Below, piece by piece: positions 59,542 to 64,000 of a DNA stretch of 64,000 bases. The DNA is from Takakia lepidozioides. Taxonomy: Eukaryota; Plantae; Bryophyta. The DNA lies in the NCBI GenBank assembly GCA_030704615.1, contig CM060731.1, forward strand, positions 81,220,001 through 81,284,000, read 5' to 3'. The notes beneath the pieces are model-generated. The model did not search any database, had not been told where the DNA came from, and worked only from the letters and a program-made list of their open reading frames with translations. Every line of letters begins with the position of its first letter. Positions within the stretch are counted from its first letter, which is position 1. The translations under genes and the position numbers were made by a program.

Positions 59542-62500
59542 CAGATACTCAATCTGGTTGTGGAAAAACTTGCACTTGCCCGGATGTAACTTCAATCCGT
59601 GCGTCCTCAAGCGCTCAAATACCCCCTGAAGGTATCTCTCATGCTCCTCCACCGTAGCACTAAAGATGATGATGTCATCTATGTAGCACCAAGCAAACTC
59701 CACCCCTGCTAGAATCCTGTCCATGACTCTTTGAAACTCAGCGGGAGCGTTTTTAAGCCCAAATGGTAAGAACCACCACTGGTATAGGCAATCCTTCCCG
59801 TGCTCATTGATCCCCCAGAATGCCGTCTTTTGCTTATCCGCCTCCTTGATCGGCAACTGGTGATATCCGGATCGTAAATCCAACGTGCTAAAGACCTTGG
59901 AATGCCCAATTGGCATCAAAGATCTCCTCTGGTGTCGGCATGGCATACCTATCGGACTTGGTCTGACAATTTACAGGCCGGTAATCACCGCACATACGTC
60001 TCTCCGTCCAATTGCCATAGACATCCTTCTTGGCTGGCACTGTGGCTGAAGCATACTCTCCACTAGAGAGCTCCACCAAACCTGCCTCCCAGAGATCTTG
60101 AGTCCTCATCTGAATCAAAGACCTCTCCATGTCACTGTATCTATAGGGTCTCCGAAAGATTGGCGTATCAGTGGCCAACTCAATACGGATCTCTTGACCC
60201 TTCAGTGCTCCCAAGTCCTTCAAACTGAAGGCAAAGCAATTCCTGTAAGCCCTCAGGAACCGCCGTATACGTCGTCTCTCTCCTCCGGTGACAATGGGTC
60301 CAATGTCAGGCTCCCAATTGTCCTCCGTAACTGCAATCTTAAGTCCAGTGGGCTTAGGGGTAGAGGACGCGTCCCGTGGTTGCTATGCTGCAACCTCTTG
60401 AGCAGTACTTCTTTCCTGCTCAGTCAATGAGAAGGCCTCATCCTGCCCCATCATCTCATCATTGAGAACCTCCTCATCCCGAGAAGAATCCCCAACCTCA
60501 TCCATCACAACTGCTTGGCTGCCAACTCCCTCTGAACCTCGAGCACCTCCCACGTGTGCCATGGATGTCTACACCCCGTGGTCCTCACCGGCTCGCCCCC
60601 ACTCGCTGCCTGTACCGTCTCGGTAGGCAGAGAGACCGTCAAGGGAAGTGCACTCCGCACTCTACGTTGCTCAGCCATAGCCAAGCTGATAATCCAGGTC
60701 AAGCAATTGAGATCCATTGCTTGCCCCAACACCTGACGACGTGATGCCTCAAAAAGAGAAGGCACCGCCGTGGTCCCAGTGGAAAACCCCATAGCCCGCT
60801 CTCGCTCGTCGGCATTAGGCTCCACTAACTACTGCAACTGAGCATCCCACAGTTGATGGCCAGGTCCACCATCCCGAAAAAGCATGGTATCTTGGGAAGC
60901 TGAGCAGTGTAGGTAATGCTGCTCGTGGTTGACCCACCCTGTTGACCACTGCCAAAGGTGAACGGTCATGGTGTCTCACGTTGTTGAGACTGCCTCCCTG
61001 TGTCCAAAATGCCATCCACGGTGAGGTGTGCTGACCGCTGCACCCCATCAAATGCACGCTTGAGCAGTGCGGGGGCATCAAGTTAGTCCACCAAAGCCGT
61101 GGCGATGAGCCCGTGACCCCACTGCAGCTGCATCCAGCAACGCTGCTGACCCAAGCCACGACCAAACTTGATGCACACTGGCCATCACCCTGGCTCGAGA
61201 ATCACCCATTAGTGGCACATGTATGCTGGAGATACAGCTTGATGAAGCTGCAAGTGGCGCAAAACCCGCACCATCTCCCAAAACAGACCCGTCCTCGAGT
61301 CTCGCAATCCATTGCCATACCCGGCTGATGAATGCCCTTGGCAGGGCCAACCTGCCACTACCAGATCAATGGAGCCAACCTGCTCCAAATCCTGCGCCCC
61401 CAACAACGAATGTCTGCTGGCAAGGCTTGTTGGTATCCACGAACTGCAGACACTGGCAACAAAGCAGGTACTGCTGTACCAACTGAGCAACATGGCGCAG
61501 TGAGACACGTCGTGCAGTCTCATCCCTCTCCACATACAGGTAACGCCTTACCCGCACACCTGCTTGTAGCACAGCAGCCAATCCGGTGCTGATCCCGCCA
61601 AACAAGTCCAGAAGGCAAATGCCTTCATCCGGATACTGCCACACAATAGGTGTGGTATCCAATGGTGACAACTGAGGTGGTCCTGGTGCAATACCCGCAC
61701 TCTCCTCCTCTCCTGACGGAACAAAAGCCTCTACCAGGCTTGTTGCACCCGTCGATCAGCAACCTGCTGCAAATCCTTGCTCGTACCCCACAATGGAGTG
61801 TGAGCAACCATGGCAGGCAACTCCGCCATACCATGCATGTCATCTTGCTCTGCTGGAGGTGGCACATCCTCTGCATGGGCATTGCCTTCCAGCAACTCTC
61901 CAGGCCAACTAACTGCAGCTGTAAAGGCGGCTAGTGTTGGCATCTTGCCCCGCTGGGCAGCCGCAATACCCCCAATGAATGTCACAGGGAGCTGTGCACG
62001 ACGACCATCCCCTGACTGCCATCCAGGCCTGTAGAATGCTGACTCCTCCCAAAAATCCAGGGTGAAGCCCATGGGGTATAACACTGCCCCACCAACGAGG
62101 ACATCATAGAGACCGCGTCTGTTACAATGGCCTTGGCTCGCATTACTGAGCCATCGATAGGATGATCCGGCTGCAGTATAATGGCCAACTGATGCCGTGT
62201 CATGCCCCGAGCCTGCTCTGATCCTCCCAGAGATGTCTGTATCTGGAAAGGACAAGGCTCCATATCCGCCTCGATAAGGCCCAAACCTGCAATAGCAGCT
62301 CTGCCCAACATCAGTGGCTGAGCTCCCGAGTCCACAAGACCTGCAGTGGCCGGACTTCTTGCCTGCCGGTCCACTCAAAGAGAAAATGCCATCCTGGTTG
62401 TCTAACAAGACAACTCCAGGTGTCACCATGGCGCGCTCAAAGGCTGGCCTAGCTGGCAGCTCCGTTCAACCTGGCAGCTGCAGCTTGCCAGGGCGCAGCC

Positions 62501-64000
62501 GTGGCAGTCTTGACCCTTAAATCCGGGGATCCCTCTGCCACTACACCTTCCACTAACTCCGCAGAAGATGAAGTGACCTCCCCACTCTCACAGAGTGTTG
62601 CTGCTAGTCTGAACACTGCAGCTGGCCTTACCCCCGGCATCGCAATCATGGTTGCCGAGAACAATGGGGCTTGACACACAGAGGTGGCTGCCCCCAATAA
62701 CACACCGGCTGCACTAGCCTTGGTAGCAGGTGTCAGTGCTGCACGTGTAGCTCTCCCCAATGGCATAGTAACCTCCGCCTCAGTAACAGTCGGGCGAGAA
62801 CTAGGTGCCATGGATGGCGTCGACACAGTCTCCGCCAATGTGAATGACTGAGGAAGCCTCGCCTGACGGCTTGCCTCCCCACGCTGTGGATCCAATTCCA
62901 CCTCTGCACCTCGTGGCTCAGGAACTCGTGTTGCTCCTCGAGTAACTGCTGCAGCAGACTCCACCTGCTCTAGTGGTAGTGCTGCTCCGCACATGAATCC
63001 CATGCCTCCCATATCTCCTCCCTCAGGAGCAGGAGGTGGACCATCCCGCCTGGGAGTCGGTACCGCCTGAGCTATAGCCATGGCAGCGAGCCTCTGCTCT
63101 AGCTGCTGAAGCCGATTGGCCATGCCTTGGTCAACACCCTGACCTCCGCGTCCTTAGCCATGTGGAGCTTGCCCTTGGCCTGCACCTCGTGCCCGACCAC
63201 CTCGTCCTCTTGGGCTGGTCCACCTCGCCCCGGCCACCATTATTCCCTTGGAACTGGCCTGGGCGCAACTCAGGATGCAAGTCATAACACTGGGCATCTC
63301 CATGCCCATACTTGCCGCAATGCCCACACTGCAACTGTGCAGGCTGTGCTTGTGCCGGCCTTTTGCCACTCTCTGGGCAATCTCTCTTGACATGGGGTCC
63401 TCCACATGTCCAACATATCACCCCTGGTTGCTGTTGGCCTGCAAAAGATGTCACGGGCCTCTGCACCTGAGGTCCCCTGTAAGCTCCATGGAACTTGGGC
63501 TGGGCAACCTTGCCCCCCTGACCACGTTGTTGGGCAGTCCCTTGTGCCTGTGGGCTCACAGCTGTGCCCCGTGCAGGCATGTCCTTGCCAAATCCAATTG
63601 TAACAACTCGCTCCTCCACCATGTTGAGCTCAATCCGCTCAGCCAGCAGAAACACATCTGTTAATGTAGGTTGGGCTGCTTGTAACAGGGTTGCATCTCG
63701 CACCCTTCTCTTGAGCTCCTTGTCCAGAATTCCATACCAAAACTGGATTGCCTGAGCTTCAGTAACCCCTTGGGTCACACTTATCAAGCGCCTCATACGA
63801 GTGTACGCCTCTCGCAGGCTCTCACTGGGTTTGCGCTGGAAGTCTTGCAAACTTCGCAGCTTCTCTGTCCGTACACCTTGGTAGTTCCTCCGCAACTCCT
63901 GGAAGAACTCCACCACCGGGTTGAATCTAGGCACATGTGTTGTAGTCGTGGCAGGAGGAGTAGTAGCACCTTTTGAACTGGTACCACCTACAGAAGTACC
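59542..64000 (-). mobile_element. Ty3/Gypsy retrotransposon with DNMT3-like methyltransferase (copy 2; cut by the gap and the window edge)
   Basis: gag 63131-63934 with CWTCGGPHVKRDC and CGHCGKYGHGDAQC; PR VDSGAQPLM; MTase; RT with LPFGLKNAPAEFQR and YIDD. Colinear with copy 1. Confidence 0.93.
60680..61625 (-). pseudogene. DNMT3-like C5 methyltransferase domain (copy 2)
   Basis: LLDLFGGISTGL, YLYVE, DLVVAGWPCQGHS, LFWEM, AHR/PRLWWTNL, ERERAMGF, RRQVLGQAMD. The ENV motif is deleted and there are several frameshifts. Confidence 0.9.

Noticed and set aside
58909-59946. ORFs spanning the N run
   Set aside because: Artefacts of translating the gap.

Overview
A eukaryotic, transposon-saturated window with no intact host gene. 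It is most likely from a seed-free land plant such as a bryophyte (inference from a PLS-type PPR fragment, plant-type 26S rRNA, and CACTA, hAT and Ty3 elements). It resolves into nested insertions. (1) A Ty3/Gypsy element on the + strand (15143-23006) carries a DNMT3-type C5 cytosine methyltransferase between protease and RT and a PHD finger after integrase. A second, diverged member of this family lies on the - strand at 59542-64000. The 5' part of the first copy is interrupted by a CACTA element, which is interrupted by a non-chromovirus Ty3 element. That Ty3 in turn holds a 26S rDNA/3'-spacer fragment and is cut by a putative TIR transposon. (2) A hAT-type MITE with perfect TIRs and TSD, and a two-exon Argonaute fragment folded back into a hairpin. 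(3) A Ty3 element with a dUTPase-like domain (25907-47130). Its RT contains a chromovirus, which itself contains an antiparallel copy of the same family. (4) A PPR fragment, a Sola-like transposase relic, a hAT transposase with an internal inversion flanked by palindrome arrays, and a 500-N gap. The two top observations are the DNMT3+PHD retrotransposon family and a permuted terminal-repeat layout (B-PBS...PPT-A-B-A, with a palindromic CA-nn-TG junction) seen in two different Ty3 families, which suggests integration from a circular intermediate. All calls were made by eye and no database searches were run.
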